20,177 nt of DNA from assembly GCA_029858305.1 (NCBI GenBank), contig JAOUFI010000037.1, positions 1 through 20,177 on the forward strand, in the 5' to 3' direction. The notes beneath the pieces were generated by a model. The model saw only the letters and a list, made by a program, of their open reading frames with translations. It was not told the origin of the DNA and made no database searches. This stretch comes from Candidatus Thorarchaeota archaeon. GTDB taxonomy: Archaea; Asgardarchaeota; Thorarchaeia; Thorarchaeales; Thorarchaeaceae. The translations under genes and the position numbers were made by a program. This document shows, in pieces, positions 1-8,083 of this stretch (positions within the stretch are counted from its first letter, which is position 1; every line of letters begins with the position of its first letter).

Positions 1-54
1 ACCCCGAGAAGCGGCAGTGACCAAGAAGTTTCTATCATCTAGCTGAAGATTCAT
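1..54 (-). CDS. SDR-family oxidoreductase, N-terminus only (runs off the window edge)
   Basis: Manual translation from ATG at 54: MNLQLDDRNFLVTAASRG, matching the SDR Rossmann start (VT[G/A]xSRG[I/L]G). Not in the ORF track. Confidence 0.7.
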   Translation of the reverse strand, partial: MNLQLDDRNFLVTAASRG

Positions 55-104
55 GATTCAGTACTATATGACAAGGACCTGATAAGGGACACGAATGAAT
101 CAAT

Positions 105-407
105 TCACATAGCTTCAGGTGTCACAGGACGTTCCATTCGAGCACCAAGTATGATTTCTAGATGTAGAAAAGCTGAACTCAAACGCTGGAAGTCTTTTGG
201 AACTTTGAAAGCACCAATTCCTGTAGTGTTGAGCGCTCTATCAATCTTCGTCGTTGTTAAGCGTCGGTTATCCTTTGAATTGAAAGCCAGCAGAATTCTA
301 GTTTCTTCTGGGTCTGGCATTTTGTATACAGAAGAACATTTGATACCATTATTGGATAGGACTTGCTTTATCTTTGCCTCTAATTCCTTCATCACTTGAT
401 GCACCAA
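105..407 (-). CDS. Hypothetical protein (about 95-100 aa; ATG at 392 is an alternative start)
   Basis: Protein-like composition, co-oriented with the SDR gene downstream; no recognisable motif. Confidence 0.6.
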   Translation of the reverse strand: MVHQVMKELEAKIKQVLSNNGIKCSSVYKMPDPEETRILLAFNSKDNRRLTTTKIDRALNTTGIGAFKVPKDFQRLSSAFLHLEIILGARMERPVTPEAM

Positions 408-591
408 TTATTCGTACTGTCTAGGGTACTAAAGCACCTGTATTAACTGGGTATTACTCGTAAAAAGCGCCAATCAGTAATGTCGAATTCACTCGGTCGA
501 ATTGAGTGTATTGCTTAATACTTGCGTCAATCCTTCTTTTGATAAGACTCTAACAGGGAAGGTTGTTGAAGACATGAAGAGCGTGAGATAA

Positions 592-1575
592 TTGGATAAA
601 GAGGGATATCGCAGATATTTGACGGATCGAGAGAATCCTATTCCTGAGGAGGAGATTATTGAAACTACAAAAATTGTTGAAAAATTTGAAGAATATCTAA
701 AACAATTTAGAAAGACTCTCGATAATGCCTCCGCTTTGGAAGTCAATAAATTCTCCAATTTGCTGATTGATGAAAAAATGAATACCTATACCAGCTATGT
801 TGCATTGAGTAGATATGGTTACTTCATCAAGAATATGGATCTATATCTTGCAGTCCTTGAGCTTTTAGATGGAGCAGAAGTGATGAATGTGCTCAGTGAA
901 CGATTGGAAGAACATGTTGGAAATGCCAAGCGCGATAAAATCTTACCACCAGATAAATTGCCTCCACTTGGGCTTCCATCATCAGAGAAGATAGATGTCA
1001 CTCGTCAAGTGTTGAAAAGAATGAACAAGGTCTTAACACCTGATGATTGTAAGAAAGTACTCGTTGATGTTGCACATGGACTGCCTCGTGATTTCAGGAA
1101 AGGAGAACGGGAGAAGTTTTTGAAGGCAGGTAGCGTCGATGAATATTTGCGTAGAGAGAGAGAAGATGGGATTGCAGAACTAGAGAAACACAGGGACAAT
1201 GGAACTCTCTTCTTCAACCAATATATCACAGATACTGTTGTCAATTTTGTAAAGGGGCGCCCTGATGTTCTAGTTGGTGAGAGAAGAGGTAACACTATCT
1301 ATCATACAAAGATTCCATACATGACCCAAGAATATCTCGAAGCAACTGATGACAGGATGAAGAGGTATTATGCCTGCCACTGTGCATGGGCGAGAGAGTC
1401 AATCTTGAAAGATGATGAGATATCACCGGAGTTCTGTCATTGTAGTGGTGGATTTACCAAACAATCTTGGGAAGCTGCACTTGATCAACCTCTTGAAGTT
1501 GATATGATAAAATCAGCACTCAAAGGAGATTTGGAATGTAGTTTCAAAATCCATCTGCCTGATGACATAGTGTAA
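592..1575 (+). CDS. Hypothetical protein with C-terminal V4R/DUF6144-like Cys-rich domain
   Basis: 327 aa ORF (TTG start) with YACHCAWAR...FCHCSGGFTK...KGDLECSFKI, a V4R-like C-terminal pattern. Confidence 0.7.
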   Translation: MDKEGYRRYLTDRENPIPEEEIIETTKIVEKFEEYLKQFRKTLDNASALEVNKFSNLLIDEKMNTYTSYVALSRYGYFIKNMDLYLAVLELLDGAEVMNVLSERLEEHVGNAKRDKILPPDKLPPLGLPSSEKIDVTRQVLKRMNKVLTPDDCKKVLVDVAHGLPRDFRKGEREKFLKAGSVDEYLRREREDGIAELEKHRDNGTLFFNQYITDTVVNFVKGRPDVLVGERRGNTIYHTKIPYMTQEYLEATDDRMKRYYACHCAWARESILKDDEISPEFCHCSGGFTKQSWEAALDQPLEVDMIKSALKGDLECSFKIHLPDDIV

Positions 1576-1620
1576 ATGGGAGCATAGCATATTTCGAAAA
1601 ATATGCTGAAATGAGGAGTG

Positions 1621-2811
1621 TTATTTTACTGCCTTGGCAAATGCCCGACCGAATTCGACAGCATTCTTGATCTCTTCTTCTGTTGGAACCCATTTGACTG
1701 TGAATGGTTCCATCACAATCTCCATCTTTCCGCGTTCCATTGATTCTTGGATTCTTTTGGCTGCTCCACCACCCCATCCATAGGATCCAAAAGCAGCTGC
1801 CTTCTTCCCTTTGGGTTTGAGAACTTCAAAATCGGATAGAATTGGTGCTAAAGTGGGCAAAATATCATTGTGAAGTGTAGAGCTCCCAACAAGTATCCCC
1901 TTTGCCTCTAGTAACTCTGCCATGATGTCACTCCTATCGCTATGAGGAATTAACATGACTAGAGGTGTGATACCTTCACTATCTATCCCTTCTGCAATTG
2001 CACGAGCTAGTTTCGTTGTGCTTTGCCACATTGTATCCCATGCAATGACAATTTTGTCTGATGTTCTCTCACCCTTAGCCCAAGCTAGATACCTCGTTAC
2101 AATCTCTAAGGGATTCTTTCTCCAAATCAGACCATGCGAGGGAGCAATCACTTTGATGGGGAGTCCAAGCTTGATTACTTCCTCAATCTTCCTTTGTACC
2201 ATGGAACTTAATGGCCAAAGGATGTTGGCATAATACTTCTCAGCTTCTTTCCAGAGTATAGTCTGGTCCACCTCATCAGCAAAACGTTTCTCAGTGGCAT
2301 AGTGCTGTCCAAATGCATCATTTGGTAAAAGAACTTCTTTCTCCACATAGTACGTGAACATCGATTCAGGCCAATGTAACATAGGAGCCTCGTAAAACCT
2401 TAGAGTCTTTCCGCCTAGGTCTATCTCATCCCCTGTCTTCACTGTTTGAATGTCCCAACCGTTAGTATAATGTTTCTTTAGTTCATCCACAGCCTTTGGC
2501 GTGCAGACCAGTTTTGCTTTTTTCATGACTTTCAAGACTTCTGGTACTGCTCCAGAGTGATCCATCTCAGTGTGGTTTGAGATCATGTAGTCAATAGTTT
2601 CGGGGTCAGTGATTTCTGATATTCTCGAAAACATCTCCTCGGAGAAAGAACCTAAGACCCCATCCACGAGGGCTATTTTATCACCAATAATCAGGTATGC
2701 ATTGTATGTAGTACCATGATGAGTAGTATAGCTGTAACCGTGGAAATTTCGAACATCATAGTCGATTGCTCCGACCCAATACACATCCTTTACGACTTCG
2801 ACTGGCTTCAT
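1621..2811 (-). CDS. fprA: Flavodiiron protein (FprA/A-type flavoprotein; metallo-beta-lactamase plus flavodoxin domains)
   Basis: GTTYNAYLI, NHTEMDHSGA, LHWPES, DAFGQH and PSHG di-iron ligand motifs; flavodoxin motifs TMWQST and FGSYGWGGGA; GGTGA RBS upstream. Confidence 0.95.
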   Translation of the reverse strand: MKPVEVVKDVYWVGAIDYDVRNFHGYSYTTHHGTTYNAYLIIGDKIALVDGVLGSFSEEMFSRISEITDPETIDYMISNHTEMDHSGAVPEVLKVMKKAKLVCTPKAVDELKKHYTNGWDIQTVKTGDEIDLGGKTLRFYEAPMLHWPESMFTYYVEKEVLLPNDAFGQHYATEKRFADEVDQTILWKEAEKYYANILWPLSSMVQRKIEEVIKLGLPIKVIAPSHGLIWRKNPLEIVTRYLAWAKGERTSDKIVIAWDTMWQSTTKLARAIAEGIDSEGITPLVMLIPHSDRSDIMAELLEAKGILVGSSTLHNDILPTLAPILSDFEVLKPKGKKAAAFGSYGWGGGAAKRIQESMERGKMEIVMEPFTVKWVPTEEEIKNAVEFGRAFAKAVK

Positions 2812-3361
2812 TTCCTCTTCTCACCTTGGTGTTAACAATAGTATATTATCTATTAAGGTAGATGCTTTAGTACTTGAATGATGCTAAAGAGTTTTATCTT
2901 TTTAGAAAGCAGAACGATAGTCAAGATTACTAATAATGCACAACTGTTAAGATGCTTTTGCATTCACTTGATAGATGCCCAAGTTTATTAGGATACTTGA
3001 GAGTATAAAATAGCACAAAGTGAGAATAGAAGAAACAGTATAGCAATAAATGTAATAGAGCCAGACCCTTTTTCTGGTATTTGAGTGTCTGTTTTTCAAA
3101 AATCACAGATTCAGTCTGTACGAAATATGTTCTCATATTAGCAGGATAATAAAAATGGAAAACATGAAAATCAATTCTAAAAATGAATACAAGAGAAACC
3201 GTGTGATAAATGGAAATGAACCTCATAAAATGATGGAAATGGAATACCAAAAGGCAATGGAAAAATTAGCCAAGAAATAGGTCTGGAAAATGGGTTCATG
3301 TTCATATTTGGTAGAAGAAACGATTATTCTTTTACCTTCAGAAATTTACAGAGGTGAAAAA

Positions 3362-3499
3362 ATGAGTACGAGATCTTATGACCACTGTACGTGTGGTCAC
3401 AATCGTGAAAACCACGACAATTTTGATGGCGAATGCAAAAAGTGCGATTGTGGTGTATTTCACAGGGGTATGCGCATACAAAGTTTGCTAATTGACTAA
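3362..3499 (+). CDS. Small Cys/His-rich putative metal-binding protein (45 aa)
   Basis: GAGGTGA RBS at 3351-3357 just before ATG 3362; CTCGHNRENH...CKKCDCGVF. Confidence 0.6.
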   Translation: MSTRSYDHCTCGHNRENHDNFDGECKKCDCGVFHRGMRIQSLLID

Positions 3500-3621
3500 T
3501 TTGTTAGTCTTGCATTAAACCAAAGCTGTGCCTCAATTCTTGAAATGAAATTGAAATACAGCTTTGATTATTAATTTTGAAATAAGTAAGCAGAAAAAAA
3601 TGAGGATGAGGAGATACTGTA

Positions 3622-4557
3622 CTACGCCCAATAGGGCTTTCTTATGTATTTGTAAGCATTATGTGATGCAAGCGCACCTTGAGCAGCAGCAACAGATGCC
3701 AGCTGGTACACTGATACAATATCTCCCGCTGCAAAAATCCCCTCGATGTTTGTCCTCATTTCATTATCTACATGAATGAAACGATTGTTCATCTTAACAC
3801 CCAAATGATCAAAGACTTCTGTATTAGGAACTAATCCAACAGCTATGATAACACGATCAACAGCTAAATTCCATTTCTTCTCACTTTGGTTATCGTAAAG
3901 TGTGACTTCTTCAACTTCTGAACTCCCCTTGATTTCAACAAGTTCAGTATTATAGAGAATTTTGGCTATTTTCTGGGTGACAATCTTATCTACTGTAGTT
4001 TCTGCGGCTCTGAATTCATCCTTACGATGGGCAATCCATATTTTATCAGTCACCTGTTGAGCATCGATAACTGCATCAAGAGCTGTATCGCCTCCTCCAA
4101 CCACAAGCACTCTCTTATCTCGGAATAACTCTGGTTCGGTCACGTATGGAAACACCCCACCATTGTTTCTGGAGAACTCCATTTCGCCGGGTATTCCAAG
4201 CGTGTTGGGGCGCATCCCTGTAGCAATTATGACCACCTTTGCTCTGTAATCCCGATCAGCGGCTCTGACGACTCTCTCCTTACTGATTTCTGTTACTCTC
4301 TCCTTGATTAGGTGGACTCCTAGGTCAGCTGCCTGACGGACCCATTCTGATACCAGATGTGTTGCTAGTACTCGTGGAGTCCCAGGATAATTGAATACGT
4401 ATTTGTACGGATAGATTGTGGAGAGTAATCCACCCCATGTACCTCCTTCGAACACTGCAACCTTGAGACCCTTGTATGCAGCTATGATGCCTGCAGACAG
4501 TCCAGCAGGTCCTCCTCCAACGACAGCTAAATCATAATCTATACTGTTTTCGACCAA
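3622..4557 (-). CDS. Thioredoxin-reductase-fold NAD(P)/FAD oxidoreductase lacking CxxC (ferredoxin-NADP+ reductase-like)
   Basis: GGGPAG FAD motif, ATG motif, GGGDTA NAD(P)H motif, HRKDEFRA, GIFAAGD; GVFPYVTE sits where TrxR has CxxC; GGAAGGTGA RBS before the TTG start. Confidence 0.85.
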   Translation of the reverse strand: MVENSIDYDLAVVGGGPAGLSAGIIAAYKGLKVAVFEGGTWGGLLSTIYPYKYVFNYPGTPRVLATHLVSEWVRQAADLGVHLIKERVTEISKERVVRAADRDYRAKVVIIATGMRPNTLGIPGEMEFSRNNGGVFPYVTEPELFRDKRVLVVGGGDTALDAVIDAQQVTDKIWIAHRKDEFRAAETTVDKIVTQKIAKILYNTELVEIKGSSEVEEVTLYDNQSEKKWNLAVDRVIIAVGLVPNTEVFDHLGVKMNNRFIHVDNEMRTNIEGIFAAGDIVSVYQLASVAAAQGALASHNAYKYIRKPYWA

Positions 4558-4700
4558 GTACGCTTCACCTTCCTTTTTGGCATGATGACATCAGGTAGTG
4601 ATATTGCTATCAGGAAATTATCAATGTCGACCAGCTTAATGATTGATTCGATTCCTTCTGATTTAGAACACACTTTCCTTCAAATCATATATTAACTATA

Positions 4701-4712
4701 GTGAATATTCAC
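4701..4712. promoter_or_regulatory. Perfect 12-bp palindrome GTGAATATTCAC, candidate operator between divergent genes
   Basis: Self-complementary, next to AT-rich TATA-like sequence (ATATATTAA) in the 4558-4782 intergenic region. Confidence 0.35.
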
Positions 4713-4782
4713 ATAAAGGATGTGGTTTGGACAAACTGTTGGAAACCTGGGTATTTATTTCAGTGATGTTGTTCTTGTCGTG

Positions 4783-5355
4783 ATGATGAAACGAGTGCTG
4801 ATTCTTGGACCCAGTGGTTCGGGAAAATCAACTGTGGGTGATAGACTTAGCAGGATTCTGGGTATCCCTGTCATTCACTTGGACCAGCACTACTGGAAAC
4901 CAGGCTGGGTTGACACATCTCAGGACGAGTGGAGAACAAAGGTCAGCGATTTAATCAAGTCTGACTCATGGGTTATGGATGGGAACTATACATCCACACT
5001 CAAACTTCGAGCCACGGCAGCAGACACTCTTATCTTCATTGATATTCCGCGGAGGCTGTCGTATCTCCGTATCTTCACTAGGTTCCTTCGATTTCGAGGT
5101 AAGACAAGACCTGATGTCACTGAAGACTGCCCAGAAAAGATTGACTGTGATTTTATTAGATGGATTTGGCACTATCCTAGAACTCGAAAACCGGTGATTC
5201 TCAGATTTCTTGAAAAACAGAAGACAACCAAGACGGTGGTTGTTCTTAAAGGTCAACGGGAGGTTGAAACATTTCTTTACTCTTTGAGAGAACAGGAAGA
5301 TGTTCAGAAGAGAGTAGGTAATCTTTCCATTAGTACCCCTGAACGATTATTGTAA
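4783..5355 (+). CDS. P-loop adenylate-kinase-like protein (FlaR/'topology modulation protein' family)
   Basis: MKRVLILGPSGSGKST, IHLDQHYWKPGW, WVMDGNY, RPDVTEDCPEKID..FIRWIW; ATG 4783 fits the family N-terminus better than 4720. Confidence 0.85.
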   Translation: MMKRVLILGPSGSGKSTVGDRLSRILGIPVIHLDQHYWKPGWVDTSQDEWRTKVSDLIKSDSWVMDGNYTSTLKLRATAADTLIFIDIPRRLSYLRIFTRFLRFRGKTRPDVTEDCPEKIDCDFIRWIWHYPRTRKPVILRFLEKQKTTKTVVVLKGQREVETFLYSLREQEDVQKRVGNLSISTPERLL

Positions 5356-5419
5356 TGTATGCAACTGACGGACTTCTAGATTATAAGGAAATGAAGCATC
5401 GTATGAATGGGGGACGGTA

Positions 5420-5956
5420 TTGAAGAATCTGTCACGACCTCGGCAACTTCTTCTTTTAGGCCTAGTCCTACTTCTTGTGGGGAGTCTTCTGCAGATTCGT
5501 TTTCCACTATGGACGAGTCAATATACCTTTGAGATTAGTGCTTCAGGTAGCATTGACATTCCCGTGAGCTTATTGTATGGTGAATCATTGGAAATTAGAG
5601 TTTCATTTAATGAATCGGCGGATCCCGAAGATTGTTGGGTATGGGCTCTTGTAAACTATCAATATCCAACAAAGGGCATTAGCGAAACTGCGCTCCGGTT
5701 TGAGGGACAAAGGGAAGTAGACTTCACGTTTGGGTGGGAAGATGTGCGACTCATTCCTGTCTTTGTTACTGGTTTTGTACTCAGGTTGTTCTATTATGGC
5801 ACCAACACAGTTGCAGTCGATGTGATTATCACAAGTCTGACAAACATGATTGTTGCTACCGGCGTAGGACTCCTTTCGATTTCAGCTACCATGGTCTTGA
5901 TTCCCATCTTTGTCAATAGATTTGAAGCATATCAACCAAAGATGAAGAAGCAGTAA
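5420..5956 (+). CDS. Hypothetical membrane protein (N- and C-terminal hydrophobic helices)
   Basis: 178 aa; hydrophobic stretches LLLLGLVLLLVGSLL and IVATGVGLLSISATMVLIPIFV; basic tail. Confidence 0.7.
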   Translation: MKNLSRPRQLLLLGLVLLLVGSLLQIRFPLWTSQYTFEISASGSIDIPVSLLYGESLEIRVSFNESADPEDCWVWALVNYQYPTKGISETALRFEGQREVDFTFGWEDVRLIPVFVTGFVLRLFYYGTNTVAVDVIITSLTNMIVATGVGLLSISATMVLIPIFVNRFEAYQPKMKKQ

Positions 5957-5988
5957 AAGATGGTCGGGATGGCCGGATTTGAACCGGC
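5779..5988 (+). repeat. 210-bp direct repeat, copy 1 (3' end of the membrane gene plus tRNA-Tyr 3' 28 nt)
   Basis: Identical to 6855-7064 except G5848/A6924; offset 1076 bp. Confidence 0.95.
5961..5988 (-). repeat. tRNA-Tyr 3' fragment (28 bp, attR-like)
   Basis: Reverse complement GCCGGTTCAAATCCGGCCATCCCGACCA equals the T-arm, acceptor 3' strand and CCA of the tRNA at 7037-7064. Confidence 0.95.
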
Positions 5989-6012
5989 TATAATGAAATA
6001 ATTTGCTTTCTA

Positions 6013-6723
6013 TTAGGAGATTTCTACTGATAAGACCCAAGTATATTCGGCTTTTGTTATCTTAGGATTAAGAAAGCCCTTTTCCTCAAGAATATTCAAG
6101 AGTTCTTCTTTTGTATAGAATTTGTGATAAGTGATATTGTGCTTTTTGTTGAAATGATCTTGTAATCCAAATCGAAAAACAAACCTTCTCTTTGCTTCAG
6201 TAGATATCGATGTGAAAACAAATTGCTCTTTGGTCACTCTTTTGACTTCGTTTAGAAATTTATTCAATCCAAACTCATCTAGGTAATCAAAACCACCGAT
6301 ACAGAATGATATGTCAAAAAAGTCGTCAGCGAATGGAATTGAGAGAATATCGCCTTGTTCAACTCTTACTCTCTCTATTAGGTTTTCTTCCAATATTCGC
6401 TCTCGAGCAAATTCAAGAGATTTGGAACAGATATCCAGACCTACAAAGAAATCATTTGTTTCCCTTGCCATGGATCTACTTGGATATGCTCCGGCACAAC
6501 ACAGATCAAGTATTCTTCTAGGTTTTTGAGTGTCTGTACCTATGAAATCCTTGACTGCTGCTAGCCTACATTTCCAATGTTTTTCTTCGCCAAAAATCCT
6601 TTTTCCAATCCATACGGGAATATCTCTTTTTGGAAGTTGGAAGCTTGGATTGTAGAAATATTCAGCTAGCATGGCCCAATTGAAGATTGTTTTCATACTA
6701 GATTCTGACAGATTACTCACCAA
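6013..6723 (-). CDS. Class I SAM-dependent methyltransferase
   Basis: RILDLCCAGA (motif I variant), FVGLDIC, QGDILSIPFADDFFDI, LNEVKRVTK. Confidence 0.85.
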   Translation of the reverse strand: MVSNLSESSMKTIFNWAMLAEYFYNPSFQLPKRDIPVWIGKRIFGEEKHWKCRLAAVKDFIGTDTQKPRRILDLCCAGAYPSRSMARETNDFFVGLDICSKSLEFARERILEENLIERVRVEQGDILSIPFADDFFDISFCIGGFDYLDEFGLNKFLNEVKRVTKEQFVFTSISTEAKRRFVFRFGLQDHFNKKHNITYHKFYTKEELLNILEEKGFLNPKITKAEYTWVLSVEIS

Positions 6724-6832
6724 GCTAGTTATGATTTAGCAACTAAGATTGGACGAATTCAATAAGGGAGAATAGTGAAGTCTCTAAATAATTTACTCTT
6801 TATTTGATTAATGAATAAGACTCTGACAAAAG

Positions 6833-6856
6833 TGGTCGGGATGGCCGGATTTGAAC
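6833..6856 (-). repeat. tRNA-Tyr 3' fragment (24 bp) fused to a copy of host gene DNA (hybrid att junction)
   Basis: TGGTCGGGATGGCCGGATTTGAAC identical to 7037-7060, then switches directly into the membrane-gene repeat. Confidence 0.9.
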
Positions 6857-7064
6857 TCAGGTTGTTCTATTATGGCACCAACACAGTTGCAGTCGATGTG
6901 ATTATCACAAGTCTGACAAACATAATTGTTGCTACCGGCGTAGGACTCCTTTCGATTTCAGCTACCATGGTCTTGATTCCCATCTTTGTCAATAGATTTG
7001 AAGCATATCAACCAAAGATGAAGAAGCAGTAAAAGATGGTCGGGATGGCCGGATTTGAACCGGC
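6855..7064 (+). repeat. 210-bp direct repeat, copy 2
   Basis: Matches 5779-5988 with one mismatch. Confidence 0.95.
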
Positions 7065-7144
7065 AACCGATGGATTTCTCTAGACAACAACGGAAGCAGT
7101 CGTCTACTACAGTCCATAGCTCTGCCAAGTTGAGCTACATCCCG
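7037..7144 (-). tRNA. tRNA-Tyr(GTA) with 31-nt intron at 37/38 (7076-7106), encoded CCA
   Basis: Acceptor stem CGGGATG/CATCCCG with C1-G72 and A73 (archaeal Tyr identity); D-arm GCTC/GAGC; anticodon stem ATGGA/TCCAT with loop CTGTAG|A; T-arm GCCGG TTCAAAT CCGGC; BHB-like intron; TTTTATTG TATA-like box about 30 nt upstream. Confidence 0.95.
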
Positions 7145-7285
7145 TGCGGTGCCATTGCAACTTTTGTAGCAATAAAAGGATTACTCAGTGTTCCTACTCC
7201 CCTTTGAATCTAAGATTCGCGCTAACAATTTCTTTTATAGGGCCGAAAGCATGTGCTCGGAATACTCTCAGGGTGGTAGAATATT

Positions 7286-8083
7286 TTGACAAAGTATGAT
7301 GATATGATAAAACAACGTCGTGATTTGCTGAAAGCACATGATTGGATTGCTTTTCCACCTGAAGACTGGTGGGAGCCAGATCAGCGAAAAGGTGTGGCTC
7401 CGCCTCCTCTTGAGAAACCCTATGATGAAAACACACAGCTCATTGATTTGATCGAGCCAAAGAAGTTCAATGTTGGAAAAATATCTCTAATTGATACTAT
7501 TGCAAATCGGGAGAGTCGACGTGTTTTTTCTGATGAGCAATTGACTCTGGAAGAATTATCATATCTTCTCTGGGCTACTCAGGGAGTGCGAGTTGTAGAC
7601 AAAAACAAATTGTGGACAAAACGTGTGGTACCATCAGGAGGTGGACGCCAGCCTTATGAGACCTATCTTTTTGTCAACAGGGTCGACAGTATTGAGAGAG
7701 GAATCTATCGTTATCTGCCCATAGAACACAAACTAATCCTTGTATCAGAAAATCTTCCGAACGCGGATGAACTCATGGACAAAGCATGGTTCCAGAATTT
7801 CATTGGAAAAGCAGCGGTAATTTTTGTCTGGGCGGCGGTTCCATACAAGACCGAGTGGAGATACAGTCTTGTGAGCTATAAGGATATCCTCATTGAAGCA
7901 GGTCATATCTGTCAGAATCTGTACCTTGCCTGCGAGTCGATTGGTGCAGGAACTTGTGCTATTGCAGCATATGAACAGAAGGTATTGGACGAACTAATTC
8001 AGGTAGATGGTGAAAATGAGATGACTGTCTACATATCACCTGTTGGAAAAATTTGTTCTAACAGAGAGGCTGACACTGAATGA
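7286..8083 (+). CDS. SagB/ThcOx-family nitroreductase-fold dehydrogenase
   Basis: NRESRRVF, LSYLLWATQG, RVVPSGGGRQPYETY, WRY, EAGHICQNLYLACESIGAGTCAIAAY. Confidence 0.9.
   Translation: MTKYDDMIKQRRDLLKAHDWIAFPPEDWWEPDQRKGVAPPPLEKPYDENTQLIDLIEPKKFNVGKISLIDTIANRESRRVFSDEQLTLEELSYLLWATQGVRVVDKNKLWTKRVVPSGGGRQPYETYLFVNRVDSIERGIYRYLPIEHKLILVSENLPNADELMDKAWFQNFIGKAAVIFVWAAVPYKTEWRYSLVSYKDILIEAGHICQNLYLACESIGAGTCAIAAYEQKVLDELIQVDGENEMTVYISPVGKICSNREADTE

Larger units (their letters stand above)
5961..7064. mobile_element. Integrase-less tRNA-Tyr-integrated mini-element/islet (1076-bp unit) carrying a methyltransferase and captured host DNA
   Basis: Bounded by 28-bp tRNA 3' repeats; contains an internal third tRNA fragment and visibly AT-rich cargo; no recombinase gene. 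Confidence 0.7.

Noticed and set aside
2930-3250. 106-aa Phe/His-rich minus-strand ORF
   Set aside because: Composition mirrors the A-rich plus strand; no RBS or motif; likely spurious.
3622-4557. Annotation as thioredoxin reductase trxB
   Set aside because: The redox-active CxxC is absent.
5961-7064. Three 24-28 bp repeats as a CRISPR array
   Set aside because: The repeats are tRNA-Tyr 3' ends, spacing is hundreds of bp and irregular, and there are no cas genes.
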